From the NCBI GenBank assembly GCA_964580575.1, contig CAZOLJ010000002.1, positions 31,447 through 95,446 of the forward strand: a DNA stretch of 64,000 bases, given 5' to 3'. Made by a program: the position numbers and the translations under genes. This document shows positions 8,081 through 17,431 of this stretch, piece by piece (within the stretch, counting starts at the first letter, position 1; every line of letters starts with the position of its first letter). A model generated the notes under the pieces. The model saw only the letters and a list, made by a program, of their open reading frames with translations. It ran no database searches and was not told where the DNA came from. The DNA is from an uncultured Desulfobacteraceae bacterium. GTDB taxonomy: Bacteria > Desulfobacterota > DSM-4660 > Desulfatiglandales > HGW-15.

Positions 8081-8095
8081 TGGCATGGTTCTCGC
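8081..8095 (+). promoter_or_regulatory. Candidate sigma-54 (-24/-12) promoter upstream of the mla-like operon
   Basis: TGGCATG-gttc-TCGCT compares with the consensus TGGCACG-N4-TTGCW. It lies about 136 nt upstream of the 8231 start. Confidence 0.3.
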
Positions 8096-8230
8096 TTGTT
8101 AGCAAGAGGGTTCCTAAGAAGGGTCGCATTATTGGACCAAAGTCCAATAGACGATTTCCTCTGCTTAGGTAGAATAAATTATATTCTTGAGTTCAATATC
8201 GTTCTACGATCCCTCATGAGACCTTGAAAA

Positions 8231-9385
8231 ATGGTAGAGCCCGAACAGACGAAACCCACGACCGTCGGCCTGAGCGCCACAACGCCTGCGGCGGATACGC
8301 TTCTCCTCAAACTCTCGGGGGATTGGAAGATCACCGAGACGCTCCCCTCCACATCTGATGTGGAGAAGTCGATTGACTCAGCCAAGGGTATGCGTCGCCT
8401 CACCTTTGACACCAAAGATCTCGGCGGCTGGGACAGCGGCCTTCTCACCTTTCTCATCAAAATCTTCGAAACATGCTCCAAAGCCAAGATCGAGGTTGTA
8501 AAGGAAGGGCTGCCTGAAGGGGTCCGGAGGCTGATCGACCTGGCCACGGCGGTTCCTGAAAGAGCAGGGGCGAGGAAAGAGGCCAAGAAAGAGGCGTTTT
8601 TCTCCATGGTGGGGGGAAAGGCCGTTGACTTCTACCGTTCCTTCCTGGATATCCTTGGGTTCCTCGGGGAGTCGTCCGTTGCGTTCACAAGGCTCCTGAG
8701 AGGCAAAGCCTCTTTTCGGCGCTCAGACCTGACCTTGCTGCTTCAGGAATGCGGAGCGCAGGCTCTTCCCATTGTCTCGCTCATCAGCCTTTTGGTGGGC
8801 CTGATTCTGGCGTTTGTGGGGGCAATCCAGCTCAAGCTTTTCGGGGCTCAGGTGTACGTGGCGGACATTGTGGCCATAGCCATGGTGCGGGTGATGGGAG
8901 CGATCATGACCGGGATCATCATGGCAGGGAGGACCGGGGCGGCCTTTGCGGCGCAGATCGGGACCATGCAGGTGAACGAGGAGATTGATGCGCTGGAGAC
9001 CATGGGGATCAGTCCTGTGGAGTTTCTGGTGCTTCCGAGGATGATTGCGCTGATCATCATGATGCCCTTGCTGTGCCTGTATGCGGATCTCATGGGAATC
9101 CTGGGAGGGTTGATCGTTGGGGTAGGAATGCTGGACATCAACCCCATTGAGTATTTGAACCGGACCCAGGAGACTCTCACCTTGACCACCTTGTGGATCG
9201 GGTTGTTCCACAGTGCGGTGTTCGGGGTGCTGGTGGCGCTGGCCGGATGTCTTCGGGGCATGCAGTGCGGGAGGAGCGCTTCGGATGTGGGGTATGCGGC
9301 GACCTCGGCGGTGGTGACGAGCATTGTGTCGATCATCGTGGCCACGGCGATCATCACGTTTATGTGTGAGGTGTTGAAGCTGTAG
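8231..9385 (+). CDS. mlaE: MlaE-family ABC transporter permease with N-terminal STAS-like domain
   Basis: The N-terminus has ..LKLSGDWKITE.. (STAS-like), followed by the multi-TM MlaE core (..GAQALPIVSLISLLVGLILAF.GAIQL..FGA...VADIV...). Confidence 0.85.
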   Translation: MVEPEQTKPTTVGLSATTPAADTLLLKLSGDWKITETLPSTSDVEKSIDSAKGMRRLTFDTKDLGGWDSGLLTFLIKIFETCSKAKIEVVKEGLPEGVRRLIDLATAVPERAGARKEAKKEAFFSMVGGKAVDFYRSFLDILGFLGESSVAFTRLLRGKASFRRSDLTLLLQECGAQALPIVSLISLLVGLILAFVGAIQLKLFGAQVYVADIVAIAMVRVMGAIMTGIIMAGRTGAAFAAQIGTMQVNEEIDALETMGISPVEFLVLPRMIALIIMMPLLCLYADLMGILGGLIVGVGMLDINPIEYLNRTQETLTLTTLWIGLFHSAVFGVLVALAGCLRGMQCGRSASDVGYAATSAVVTSIVSIIVATAIITFMCEVLKL

Positions 9386-9400
9386 TTTTAGAGTTTTTTT

Positions 9401-10156
9401 ATGAATGATAATCAGCCCGCCATTGTCGTGAAGGACCTGGACATGGGGTACGGTGACTTTGTGCTCATGCGGAACCTCAATTTTACGGTGAACCGGGGAG
9501 ACGTGTTCATCATCATGGGGGGGAGTGGGTGCGGGAAGAGCACGCTCCTGAAGATCCTGGTGGGTCTCAAGACCCCATCCAAGGGCCAGGTGTTTTACGG
9601 GGACAAGGACTTCTGGGGTGGGGACCCGGGGACGAGGGAAAAGATCCAGAGGCGGTTTGGGATTTTGTATCAGAGCGGGGCGTTGTGGAGTTCCATGACC
9701 TTGGCGGAGAACATAGCGCTTCCGCTGGAGCAGTACACGGACCTGAGCCCGAGCCAGATCCGGGAGGTGGTGTCCTTGAAGCTTGCGCTGGTGGGGCTGG
9801 CTGGGTTTGAGGATTTCTATCCTTCTGAGATCAGCGGGGGGATGAAGAAGAGGGCAGGGCTGGCGAGGGCGATGGCCATGGACCCGGATATCCTGTTTTT
9901 CGACGAACCTTCGGCAGGACTGGACCCGATAAGCTCTCGCCTGCTGGATGACCTGATCCTGGAGCTGAGGGAAAGCCTGAAGACCACCATCGTCGTGGTG
10001 ACGCACGAGCTGGCGAGCATCTTCGCGATCGGGAACAACTCGGTGTACCTGGATGTGGACGAGAGGACCATGAGCGCGAGCGGGGATCCCAGGAAGCTTC
10101 GGGACAATTCCCCGAATCCGAGGGTTCACAAGTTTTTGACAAGAGGAGAAGAATAA
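9401..10156 (+). CDS. mlaF: ABC transporter ATP-binding protein (MlaF-like)
   Basis: It has a Walker A (GGSGCGKST), the signature SEISGGMKKRAGLARA and a Walker B (ILFFDEPSAGLDP). Confidence 0.9.
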   Translation: MNDNQPAIVVKDLDMGYGDFVLMRNLNFTVNRGDVFIIMGGSGCGKSTLLKILVGLKTPSKGQVFYGDKDFWGGDPGTREKIQRRFGILYQSGALWSSMTLAENIALPLEQYTDLSPSQIREVVSLKLALVGLAGFEDFYPSEISGGMKKRAGLARAMAMDPDILFFDEPSAGLDPISSRLLDDLILELRESLKTTIVVVTHELASIFAIGNNSVYLDVDERTMSASGDPRKLRDNSPNPRVHKFLTRGEE

Positions 10157-10160
10157 GGGC

Positions 10161-10260
10161 AAATTCGAAAATTGCGAATTAAGGAATTGAGGAATTGCGA
10201 ATTGAGGGATTGTCAAATCTCCAAATTCCTGAATCCCGCAATTCCAGAATTCCATAATTT
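10161..10260. repeat. Heptad-periodic (gaattgNg-type) inverted repeat element between mlaF and mlaD
   Basis: aaattcgaaaattgcgaattaaggaattgaggaattgcgaattgagggattg is followed by its approximate complement, caaattcctgaatcccgcaattccagaattcc. Confidence 0.6.
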
Positions 10261-10330
10261 CTTTGATCACGGACCAATTAATGAGAAGCAAGTACCCTGT
10301 GTCTCGACAATACTCGTTGCGGAGAATGCT

Positions 10331-11413
10331 ATGAGTAAACCGGTAAGTAGGACAATGATTGGGTTGTTTGTCGTGGGGGCCATTGCCCTGATTGTTGTAG
10401 CAATCGGGGTCCTGGGGTCAGGTAAGTTTTTCACGCAGAAGTTCACCTACTTTATGGTTTTCGAAGGGTCGGTGAAAGGGCTGAACGTCGGGGCTCCGAT
10501 GGTGTTTCGGGGAGTCAAGCTAGGAGCGGTGAGCAGCATTCGAATGTACTTTGATTTCGCAACCAAAGTCCCGATCGTTCTGGTTTACGTGGAATCCGAA
10601 AGAGGGCATGTCATACCCCACAATATAGATGAGGCGACGGCTGAGCGGCTCATAAAGCAAGGGGGGCAGTATGCCTTTATGAAAGAACTCATCGCTCGGG
10701 GGCTCCGTGCTCAGCTGGAAATGCAGAGCATTGTGACAGGTCAGCTCCAAATCTCTCTTGATCTTTTTCCTGACAAACCGGCTGTGTATACCGGGATTGA
10801 TAAAACGGTGATGGAAATCCCAACCATCCCCACGCCTCTCCAGCAACTGGCCAAGAAGCTCGAAAGCCTACCCATTGAAGACATCATGAACAATGTAAAC
10901 TCGGCAGCGGAAGGGATTGCGAAGCTTGCCAATTCGCCGGACCTCAAGGAAAGCATCGCGAACCTCAATATCGCGTTGAAAGACGTTCAAGCTCTGGTGC
11001 GCAATGTGAATGACCAGGTCAAGCCCTTGAGCACGGGACTGTCGGAGACGATCCGAGACATCAGAAAGCTCATTAACAATGCGGACTCTCAGGTGTCATC
11101 CGTTGGGACGAATCTGAACGGGGCCATCGGCGACGGCCGAAAGCTGATTCGAAACGCTGACGGCAGTGTGGACTCTATCAAGGTCAACCTCGACGGTACT
11201 CTCAATGCAGCGACTTCGGCGATCGAAGAGGCGAGAAAATTGATTCAAGATCTGGAGACTTCAGCCAGAGAGGACTCAACGCTCATGTACCGGCTGAACG
11301 AAACCTTGCGCGAAGTGGGAAAAGCGGCCCGGTCCCTGAGCACCCTGGCCGATTATCTTGAAAGACATCCTGAAGCCCTTCTCGGCGGCAAAGGGGATGG
11401 TGGAGGAAAGTGA
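10331..11413 (+). CDS. mlaD: MlaD/MCE-domain substrate-binding protein with long helical C-terminal extension
   Basis: The start is at MSKPVSRTMIGLFVVGAIALIVV (TM anchor). The MCE core is FEGSVKGLNVGAPMVFRGVKLGAVSSI. The ORF-track start at 10172 lies inside the repeat element and is unlikely. Confidence 0.8.
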   Translation: MSKPVSRTMIGLFVVGAIALIVVAIGVLGSGKFFTQKFTYFMVFEGSVKGLNVGAPMVFRGVKLGAVSSIRMYFDFATKVPIVLVYVESERGHVIPHNIDEATAERLIKQGGQYAFMKELIARGLRAQLEMQSIVTGQLQISLDLFPDKPAVYTGIDKTVMEIPTIPTPLQQLAKKLESLPIEDIMNNVNSAAEGIAKLANSPDLKESIANLNIALKDVQALVRNVNDQVKPLSTGLSETIRDIRKLINNADSQVSSVGTNLNGAIGDGRKLIRNADGSVDSIKVNLDGTLNAATSAIEEARKLIQDLETSAREDSTLMYRLNETLREVGKAARSLSTLADYLERHPEALLGGKGDGGGK

Positions 11414-11444
11414 GATGAGAACGCAACACCGAGTAGCAGAAAGT

Positions 11445-11557
11445 AAATTCGAAGCACGAAGCTCGAACTTAATGCAAACGTATTCAATTCGTTGCCATTC
11501 TGCCCCCTCACCCCGCCCTCTCCCCCAAGTTGGGGGAGAGGGGAAGGGTGAGGGGGC
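11445..11557. repeat. Composite intergenic repeat: CGAA-heptad module (11445-11468) plus a 56-nt GC-rich hairpin (11502-11557, copy B)
   Basis: The heptad module reads aaattcgaagcacgaagctcgaac. The sequence gccccctcaccccgccctctcccccaa-g-ttgggggagaggggaagggtgagggggc folds on itself with 2-3 mismatches. Confidence 0.7.
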
Positions 11558-11594
11558 AGTTCCGAATGCAAAAGGAATTGATGCGTTTGTATCA

Positions 11595-12188
11595 GTGCAG
11601 AGGTCTTTGGTCCACCTCGTGGTCGTGCTTGTAGCATTCGCAGTATGCCTTTCAGCCTGTGCAGGGAAGAGCGGATCTTCGCAGTTCTATGTCCTCAGCT
11701 CTTTGCCGCAGCCTAGCCTGAGTGCCGCAGAGGGCGCTGTGATCGGGGTCTTCCCTGTTTCCATGCCTGATTATCTGGACCGGCCCCAGATCGTGACCCG
11801 GGTGAGCGACAACGAAATCAAGCTGGATGAGTTCAGCCGCTGGGCAGAGCCCCTTAAGGACAGCTTCACTCGGGCTCTCGTTCAGAACTTATCCACCCTT
11901 CTGAACACGGCGAAGGTGATCAAGACGACGCAGAGCACAGGCTCTTTAATGTCTTTGCAGGTTGCGGTCGAAGTGGTCCAGTTTGACGGAACCCTTGGCG
12001 GCGACGTAGTCCTGATCGCTAAGTGGGGTCTCTTTGACGCAGACGGCAAGAAGCTCTTGCTCGGAAAAGGGTCCTCGTTCAAGGAACCCACGGGAGCAGC
12101 GACCTACGAAGCACTGGTTGTGGCTCAGAGCAAGGCTGTTGCGGCACTCAGCCGCGAAATCGCCGAAGCGATCAGAACCAAAAGATGA
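11595..12188 (+). CDS. ABC-transport auxiliary lipoprotein (PqiC-like)
   Basis: The GTG start at 11595 gives VQRSLVHLVVVLVAFAVCLSAC (lipobox). This is followed by QFYVLSS...PDYLDRPQIVTRVSDNEIKLDEFSRWAEPL, typical of the PqiC/ABC_trans_aux family. Confidence 0.75.
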   Translation: MQRSLVHLVVVLVAFAVCLSACAGKSGSSQFYVLSSLPQPSLSAAEGAVIGVFPVSMPDYLDRPQIVTRVSDNEIKLDEFSRWAEPLKDSFTRALVQNLSTLLNTAKVIKTTQSTGSLMSLQVAVEVVQFDGTLGGDVVLIAKWGLFDADGKKLLLGKGSSFKEPTGAATYEALVVAQSKAVAALSREIAEAIRTKR

Positions 12189-12354
12189 GAGGTTCCCGGC
12201 CGGGTACGGTTTTCATTCGCCTTCGCCAGGATATTCTGCAGCCTATTTCGGAGAGCATCCACTTTCCCCAAATGCTTTCGGCCCGATAAAGTGGCGAAAG
12301 GCGAGCTTCGGCGCAATTCCGCTCAAGACACCCCGCAGCAAGCTGCTGGGTGCT

Positions 12355-12768
12355 TCATCTTACCGGTTCAATCCGATCCCGGAGTTTTGTCACCCAGGCG
12401 GTCGTGGTTTTTTCAGCGGTGATGAGCGGGATATCTCTGGACAGGCACAAGCTTATGTAAACCGCATCGTAGGCGGTTGCTCCATACTGCAAGGCTGTAT
12501 GCAAGACAACTTTTTCGTCCGGATCACCTCTTTCCAACGGTGCGTCTATGTGAAGTTCGTAAATTTCTCTTGCTAGGTCTTCCGGCAATTCACGACGCTG
12601 AACCAGGGTCCGCAGGACGTTCGCGAATTCCCAGTAATGAAGCGATGGGACGACAAGAACGACTTTTCCAGCCAAGAGTCGTTCCTGCCACGCTCTGGCT
12701 GACGTCGAGAAAACCTCTTCCAGGTACCACGCCACGGCAACGCTGGTGTCCAAGACGTAAGCATTCAC
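12355..12768 (-). CDS. vapC: PIN-domain toxin, VapC family
   Basis: Motifs are MNAYVLDTSVAVAWYL..., ..ATAYDAVYISLC... and ..LITAEK. It overlaps the upstream antitoxin by 4 nt. Confidence 0.85.
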   Translation of the reverse strand: MNAYVLDTSVAVAWYLEEVFSTSARAWQERLLAGKVVLVVPSLHYWEFANVLRTLVQRRELPEDLAREIYELHIDAPLERGDPDEKVVLHTALQYGATAYDAVYISLCLSRDIPLITAEKTTTAWVTKLRDRIEPVR

Positions 12769-13004
12769 CGGGAGTCACGGTCCTTTCGGAGAATGTCGCG
12801 GCTGTCACTTCGCAGCCTGAGCGCTTTGGTTCTGTGGCGAAGACTGTCGAGACGCTCCTTATAAGTCGACCGCCGTCGTTCCTCTGCCTTCATGGCCACA
12901 AATGCAGCCAGTGCTTCCTCAACGAGCGCACGCTTGGTCTTTGCTTTTGAGTGCTTTTGTGCCTCTGCAAGCAAATCGTCGCTTAACTCAATGTTCGTTC
13001 TCAT
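12765..13004 (-). CDS. vapB: VapB-type antitoxin
   Basis: MRTNIELSDDLLAEAQKHSKAKTKRALVEEALAAFV is the RHH-like antitoxin pattern. The gene is translationally coupled to vapC. Confidence 0.75.
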   Translation of the reverse strand: MRTNIELSDDLLAEAQKHSKAKTKRALVEEALAAFVAMKAEERRRSTYKERLDSLRHRTKALRLRSDSRDILRKDRDSR

Positions 13005-13114
13005 ATATCCAAAAATACACCTAGTGTATTCAATGTGTCAAGACTGAAAAACCTCCTTTTGGAGATGGGTCGAAGATGAATTCCCGAAGAACACAGCCTG
13101 GATAATGGACAACC

Positions 13115-13147
13115 AAATCCGAAGCTCGAGATCCGAAGATCGAAACG
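13115..13147. repeat. CGAA-heptad repeat module
   Basis: The sequence aaatccgaagctcgagatccgaagatcgaaacg has NNNCGAA periodicity. Confidence 0.5.
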
Positions 13148-13189
13148 TCTTGATTCAATTAGATAAACGGATTCTGAGTGCGCCGATGC

Positions 13190-13642
13190 TTAGATCTTCG
13201 TATCATTCCCGGCAAGAGGATCTCGAACATCGAGGAAAGGGAACTTGAGGAAATCCCGGTCATGGGTGTAGAGGGTTTTTACCCCATGGGAGCGAAGCAA
13301 AGCCGCCAGATGGGCATCTGGCACCAGATTCCCTCGGGTGGGAACCTCTGAGGTGATGGCGCGGTAGACGGCCCAGAATCCTTCGTCTTCGGACAAAAGC
13401 CGTGCATGAGGGAGGCTGCGAAGGCTTTCGATGTTAGCCATAGCCTCATCGGGGGATAAGGGATGATCGAAGACGGCAGGGTGCGTCGCAATTCGCAAGT
13501 AGCTCATCACCGTCGGCCAACCAACGTAGAAGACTTCTCGTTGAGCAATGCAGGATTCGATAAATGCCTTGGCACGCTCAAAGTGAGGGCTGCCTGTGTC
13601 TGATGCATAAAGCAGAATGTTGACGTCAATGGCGAAACTCAT
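13190..13642 (-). CDS. vapC: PIN-domain toxin, VapC family (paralogue of 647-1081)
   Basis: MSFAIDVNILLYA...VPDAHLAALLRSHGVKTLYTHDRDFLKFPFLDVRDPL is collinear with the 647-1081 protein. Confidence 0.85.
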   Translation of the reverse strand: MSFAIDVNILLYASDTGSPHFERAKAFIESCIAQREVFYVGWPTVMSYLRIATHPAVFDHPLSPDEAMANIESLRSLPHARLLSEDEGFWAVYRAITSEVPTRGNLVPDAHLAALLRSHGVKTLYTHDRDFLKFPFLDVRDPLAGNDTKI

Positions 13643-13902
13643 CGTGGCTTGGAACTCTTGTATCGGGGCGATTCACTTTCCATGACGGCATACAACGCCT
13701 CGTGATCCGCTAAGTCAACGCGGGCGCCCATTTTTTTTGAGATCCATCTGGGTGGCTTGGCTGGAGCCTTGCTCGATTTGCGGTCAGCGAGGGCCTGGGC
13801 CAACAGGTCTGAAATGATCCGGCCGAGGGATCTTCCCTCTTGTTGCCGGATCTTCTTAAGATCCTTCATAACGGAAGTTTCTATGTCGACTGTAGTGCGC
13901 AT
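13639..13902 (-). CDS. vapB: VapB-type antitoxin
   Basis: MRTTVDIETSVMKDLKKIRQQEGRSLGRIISDLLAQAL overlaps the vapC start by 4 nt. Confidence 0.75.
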   Translation of the reverse strand: MRTTVDIETSVMKDLKKIRQQEGRSLGRIISDLLAQALADRKSSKAPAKPPRWISKKMGARVDLADHEALYAVMESESPRYKSSKPR

Positions 13903-14046
13903 GATGCATTGATGATCATATAAACCGCATCAGATGTCAAGGGCTTTTTCGGGTACTCCAAACTCCCTTTTTGTTTTTCGAAGCCTCTCAGATAAAAAAG
14001 AATCCAGACGCCCTGTCTCAACGGTCTTTTCGAAGAAGGTGCCCTT

Positions 14047-14195
14047 GTGGCCATTCTGCTAGTTCAGGGACGCCGCAGGAGACTTGCGGAAGAGTCGCTA
14101 CGGGAGAAAATGGACGAGCTTGAACATTTCTTCGACGTTACCCTGGATTTGTTGTGCGTGGCCAACACGGACGGCTACTTCGTGCGGCTCGGACG
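14047..14195 (+). pseudogene. Fragment resembling the linker and first strands of a PAS-domain sensor protein
   Basis: ..RRLAEESLREKMDELEHFFDVTLDLLCVANTDGYFVRL then loses similarity. No kinase or output domain follows. Confidence 0.35.
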
Positions 14196-14199
14196 GCTG

Positions 14200-14380
14200 G
14201 TTCCCGGGCGGCCGGGAAAGAAACGTCACCCTGGGCATCAACTGGTATATCAACCGGAGATTCGGCCTGATGGCGGGGTATCTTTGGGTCTTTTGCGATG
14301 AGAACGCAAACGACGACGGGATGGTCATCGGCGGCGATCGGCCCCGGATTTTCCAGATGCGGTTCCAGATGCGCTTCTGA
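14200..14380 (+). pseudogene. C-terminal fragment of an outer-membrane porin (OprO/P-like ending)
   Basis: A different frame gives ..NVTLGINWYINRRFGLMAGYLWVF.DENANDDG......RIFQMRFQMRF-stop, a typical beta-barrel C-terminus ending in Phe. The upstream barrel is missing. Confidence 0.4.
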
Positions 14381-14588
14381 ATATTTCTCTCTTGCGCAGC
14401 ACGTGGCTTGTGGAGGGGCGGGGCATCAGCATTTTGCTTGTCTCGCCGTACAATTGCCTGTAAATTTGCGGACAACAACGTGGACCCCCACGGGCAGGTG
14501 CTCCTGGTTTCCTGCGGAGGCGGGTGAAGGATAAATAGAACAAGATCTGTAGGAAAACAGAAAGTGAAAGCCGAGAAGGAGTTCGAAC

Positions 14589-16226
14589 ATGAAAGCAGGA
14601 ATCAAACCCCTCACAAGACGCAAGACATGGAAGGCTCTTAAAGCCCACTATAGGGACGTCCGGGAGCTGCATCTGCGGGATCTCTTCGCACAGGACTCCG
14701 AGCGCGGCGAGCGGATGGCGGTCGAAGCTGCAGGAATCTATCTGGATTACTCGAAAAATCGGGTCACCGACGAAACCGTCAAGCTCCTGATGCAACTGGC
14801 CGAGGAATCCGGATTGCGAGAAAAGATCGCAGCCATGTTCAGCGGGGAGAAGATCAACGTCACGGAAAAGCGAGCCGTCCTGCACGTGGCCCTGCGAGCG
14901 CCGAGAGGGGCATCCATCTTCGTAGACGGAGAGAACATAGTGCCCCAGGTCCACGCCGTGCTCGACAAGATGGCGGACTTCTCCAAGCGCATCCGGAGCG
15001 GTGGCTGGAAAGGCCACACGGGCAAGCGCCTTCGTAATGTTGTCAACATCGGCATCGGCGGCTCCGACCTTGGTCCGGTCATGGCCTACGAGGCGCTGAA
15101 ACACTACAGCGACCGCACCATGACTTTCCGGTTCGTCTCCAACATCGACGCTACAGACTTTGCGGAGGCGGTGCAGGACCTGGACCCGGCTGAGACTCTC
15201 TTCATCGTCTCTTCGAAGACCTTCACCACCCTGGAGACGATGACCAATGCCCAAACAGCTCGCGAGTGGTTGCTCAAGGGACTTGGCGGCGACGTCAAAG
15301 CAGTGGCCAAGCACTTTGTCGCGATTTCCACGAACACCGCCAAGGTGTCCGAGTTCGGCATTGACACGGCCAACATGTTCGAGTTCTGGGACTGGGTCGG
15401 CGGCCGCTACTCCATGGACTCGGCCATCGGCCTGTCCACCATGCTGGCCCTCGGACCGGATCACTTCCGGGCCCTGCTCCGGGGTTTCCACGAGATGGAT
15501 GAGCACTTCCGCACAGCGCCCTTCGAACGCAACCTGCCGGTGCTCATGGCCCTCCTGGCCGTGTGGTACAACAATTTCTTCGGAGCACAGAGCGTGGCGG
15601 TCTTGCCTTACGAACAGTACCTGAAGCGATTCCCTGCATATCTCCAACAGTTGACCATGGAGAGCAACGGCAAGCACGTCACCCTGGACGGGACCGAGGT
15701 GGACTACCAAACAAGCCCGATTTACTGGGGGGAGCCGGGAACCAATGGCCAGCACTCCTTTTACCAGTTGATCCATCAGGGAACCAAGCTCATCCCCTGT
15801 GATTTCATCGCGTTTGTGGAGCCTCTGAACCCGATCGGCCGGCACCATGATCTGCTTCTGGCGAACGTCTTTGCACAAAGTGAGGCTCTGGCCTTCGGCA
15901 AGGCGGCCGAGGAGGTGAGAGAGGAAGGGACGGCGGAGTGGCTTGTTCCACACCGCGTTTTCCAGGGCAACCGGCCGACCAACACCCTGCTTGCTGACCG
16001 GCTTACGCCGGAAACCCTCGGCAAGCTTGTGGCTCTCTACGAGCACGCTGTTTTCACCCAAGGGGCGATCTGGAACATCGACTCGTTCGACCAGTGGGGC
16101 GTGGAGCTTGGCAAGGCGCTGGCCCAGCGGATTGTACCTGAGCTGGAGAACAAGAAAGAGCCGTCTCTCGGCCATGACAGTTCAACGAACAATCTGATCA
16201 GGAGATATCGAAAAGGAAAAAATTAG
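14589..16226 (+). CDS. pgi: Glucose-6-phosphate isomerase
   Basis: The full-length 545-aa protein has conserved PGI blocks ([53 protein letters not shown]). Confidence 0.95.
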   Translation: MKAGIKPLTRRKTWKALKAHYRDVRELHLRDLFAQDSERGERMAVEAAGIYLDYSKNRVTDETVKLLMQLAEESGLREKIAAMFSGEKINVTEKRAVLHVALRAPRGASIFVDGENIVPQVHAVLDKMADFSKRIRSGGWKGHTGKRLRNVVNIGIGGSDLGPVMAYEALKHYSDRTMTFRFVSNIDATDFAEAVQDLDPAETLFIVSSKTFTTLETMTNAQTAREWLLKGLGGDVKAVAKHFVAISTNTAKVSEFGIDTANMFEFWDWVGGRYSMDSAIGLSTMLALGPDHFRALLRGFHEMDEHFRTAPFERNLPVLMALLAVWYNNFFGAQSVAVLPYEQYLKRFPAYLQQLTMESNGKHVTLDGTEVDYQTSPIYWGEPGTNGQHSFYQLIHQGTKLIPCDFIAFVEPLNPIGRHHDLLLANVFAQSEALAFGKAAEEVREEGTAEWLVPHRVFQGNRPTNTLLADRLTPETLGKLVALYEHAVFTQGAIWNIDSFDQWGVELGKALAQRIVPELENKKEPSLGHDSSTNNLIRRYRKGKN

Positions 16227-16260
16227 GTCCCACCTCAGACGTGGCCCGGCAATCTAAAAT

Positions 16261-16370
16261 CCCCCTTAGACGGGGGGAGGGCGAGGGTGGGGGTGGAAAA
16301 GGGAACAACATTTCTAAGCTTTTTCATTTCCCCCTCCCCTTTATCCCCTCCGCAAGGGGAGGGGAGCCTT
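16261..16370. repeat. GC-rich C-tract/G-tract hairpin repeat (copy C)
   Basis: It contains ccccc-ttagac-ggggg, G-rich ggagggcgagggtgggggtgg facing C-rich ccccctcccctttatcccctcc, and cccctcc-gcaagg-ggagggg. Confidence 0.6.
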
Positions 16371-16408
16371 TGATAGCGGGGCCTGGGGGGATTTTGAAAG
16401 GAGCGCTT

Positions 16409-17431
16409 ATGCAAATCGGGATGGTCGGTCTTGGAAGAATGGGCGGAAACATGGTGCGCAGGCTGATGCGTGCAGGTCATGAATTCATTGTTTACTCTGC
16501 GACGGCCAAGACAAGGGAAACCTTTGCCAAGGAGACAGGCGCTTTTGCCGCCTCCTCGATCGACGAGCTTGTGGCCAAGCTCAAGCCGCCGCGCGTGGTT
16601 TGGATCATGGTGCCGGCGGCCGTGACGGATGAGACGTTGAATCAGGTAGTCGACCGACTGCAAAAGGGGGACATCGTCATCGATGGTGGCAATTCCTACT
16701 ACATCGATGACATCCGTCGGGCCAGAGAGCTGGCTCCCAAGGGGATTCACTACGTCGATTGTGGGACAAGCGGTGGGGTCTGGGGGCTCGATCGTGGGTA
16801 TTGTCTCATGATCGGCGGGCCCAAAGAGGCGGTTAAGTACCTAGATCCGATTTTCAAAGCTCTTTCTCCCGGGCGAGGCTCGATTCCCCGAACTCCGGGC
16901 CGGGAAAAAGCCGGCGGCACGGCGGAGGAGGGGTATCTTCACTGCGGGCCGGCCGGCGCAGGCCACTTTGTGAAGATGGTGCACAACGGAATCGAATACG
17001 GCATCATGGCAGCCTATGCCGAGGGGCTCAACATCTTGCACCACGCTAATGTGGGCAAGCAAGACCATGCGATCGATGCAGAGACCACGCCGCTCCGAAA
17101 CCCCGAAGAGTATCAATACGACATGAACTTGCCCGACATCGCAGAACTATGGCGCCGCGGCAGTGTGATCGCTTCGTGGCTGCTGGATCTGACGGCGGCC
17201 GCTCTGATACAGGATCCGGCTCTCTCCGGATTCGCGGGCCGGGTTTCGGACTCAGGCGAAGGGCGCTGGACCTCCAAGGCGGCGATCGATGAGGCTGTTC
17301 CAGCGCCGGTCCTCACGACGGCGCTCTATGAGCGATTCAGCTCGCGGGGCGAAGGGGACTTTGCCGATAAGATCTTGTCCGCCATGCGCTACCAGTTCGG
17401 AGGACACGTGGAGAAAGAGGCAAAGAAGTAA
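16409..17431 (+). CDS. gnd: 6-phosphogluconate dehydrogenase (decarboxylating), short GndA-like form
   Basis: The RBS gaaaggag precedes the ATG at 16409. Motifs are [19 protein letters not shown] (Rossmann), DGGNSYY and [16 protein letters not shown]. The ORF-track start at 16241 lies in the repeat. Confidence 0.9.
   Translation: MQIGMVGLGRMGGNMVRRLMRAGHEFIVYSATAKTRETFAKETGAFAASSIDELVAKLKPPRVVWIMVPAAVTDETLNQVVDRLQKGDIVIDGGNSYYIDDIRRARELAPKGIHYVDCGTSGGVWGLDRGYCLMIGGPKEAVKYLDPIFKALSPGRGSIPRTPGREKAGGTAEEGYLHCGPAGAGHFVKMVHNGIEYGIMAAYAEGLNILHHANVGKQDHAIDAETTPLRNPEEYQYDMNLPDIAELWRRGSVIASWLLDLTAAALIQDPALSGFAGRVSDSGEGRWTSKAAIDEAVPAPVLTTALYERFSSRGEGDFADKILSAMRYQFGGHVEKEAKK

Noticed and set aside
8723-10291. 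522-aa ORF on the minus strand
   Set aside because: It is entirely antisense to the well-supported mlaE/mlaF genes. Its translation is a low-complexity H/R/P/Q-rich string typical of antisense frames in GC-rich DNA.
14325-16175. 616-aa ORF on the minus strand
   Set aside because: It is antisense to pgi, whose identity is unambiguous. The translation has no recognisable motifs and a biased R/G/P/H composition.
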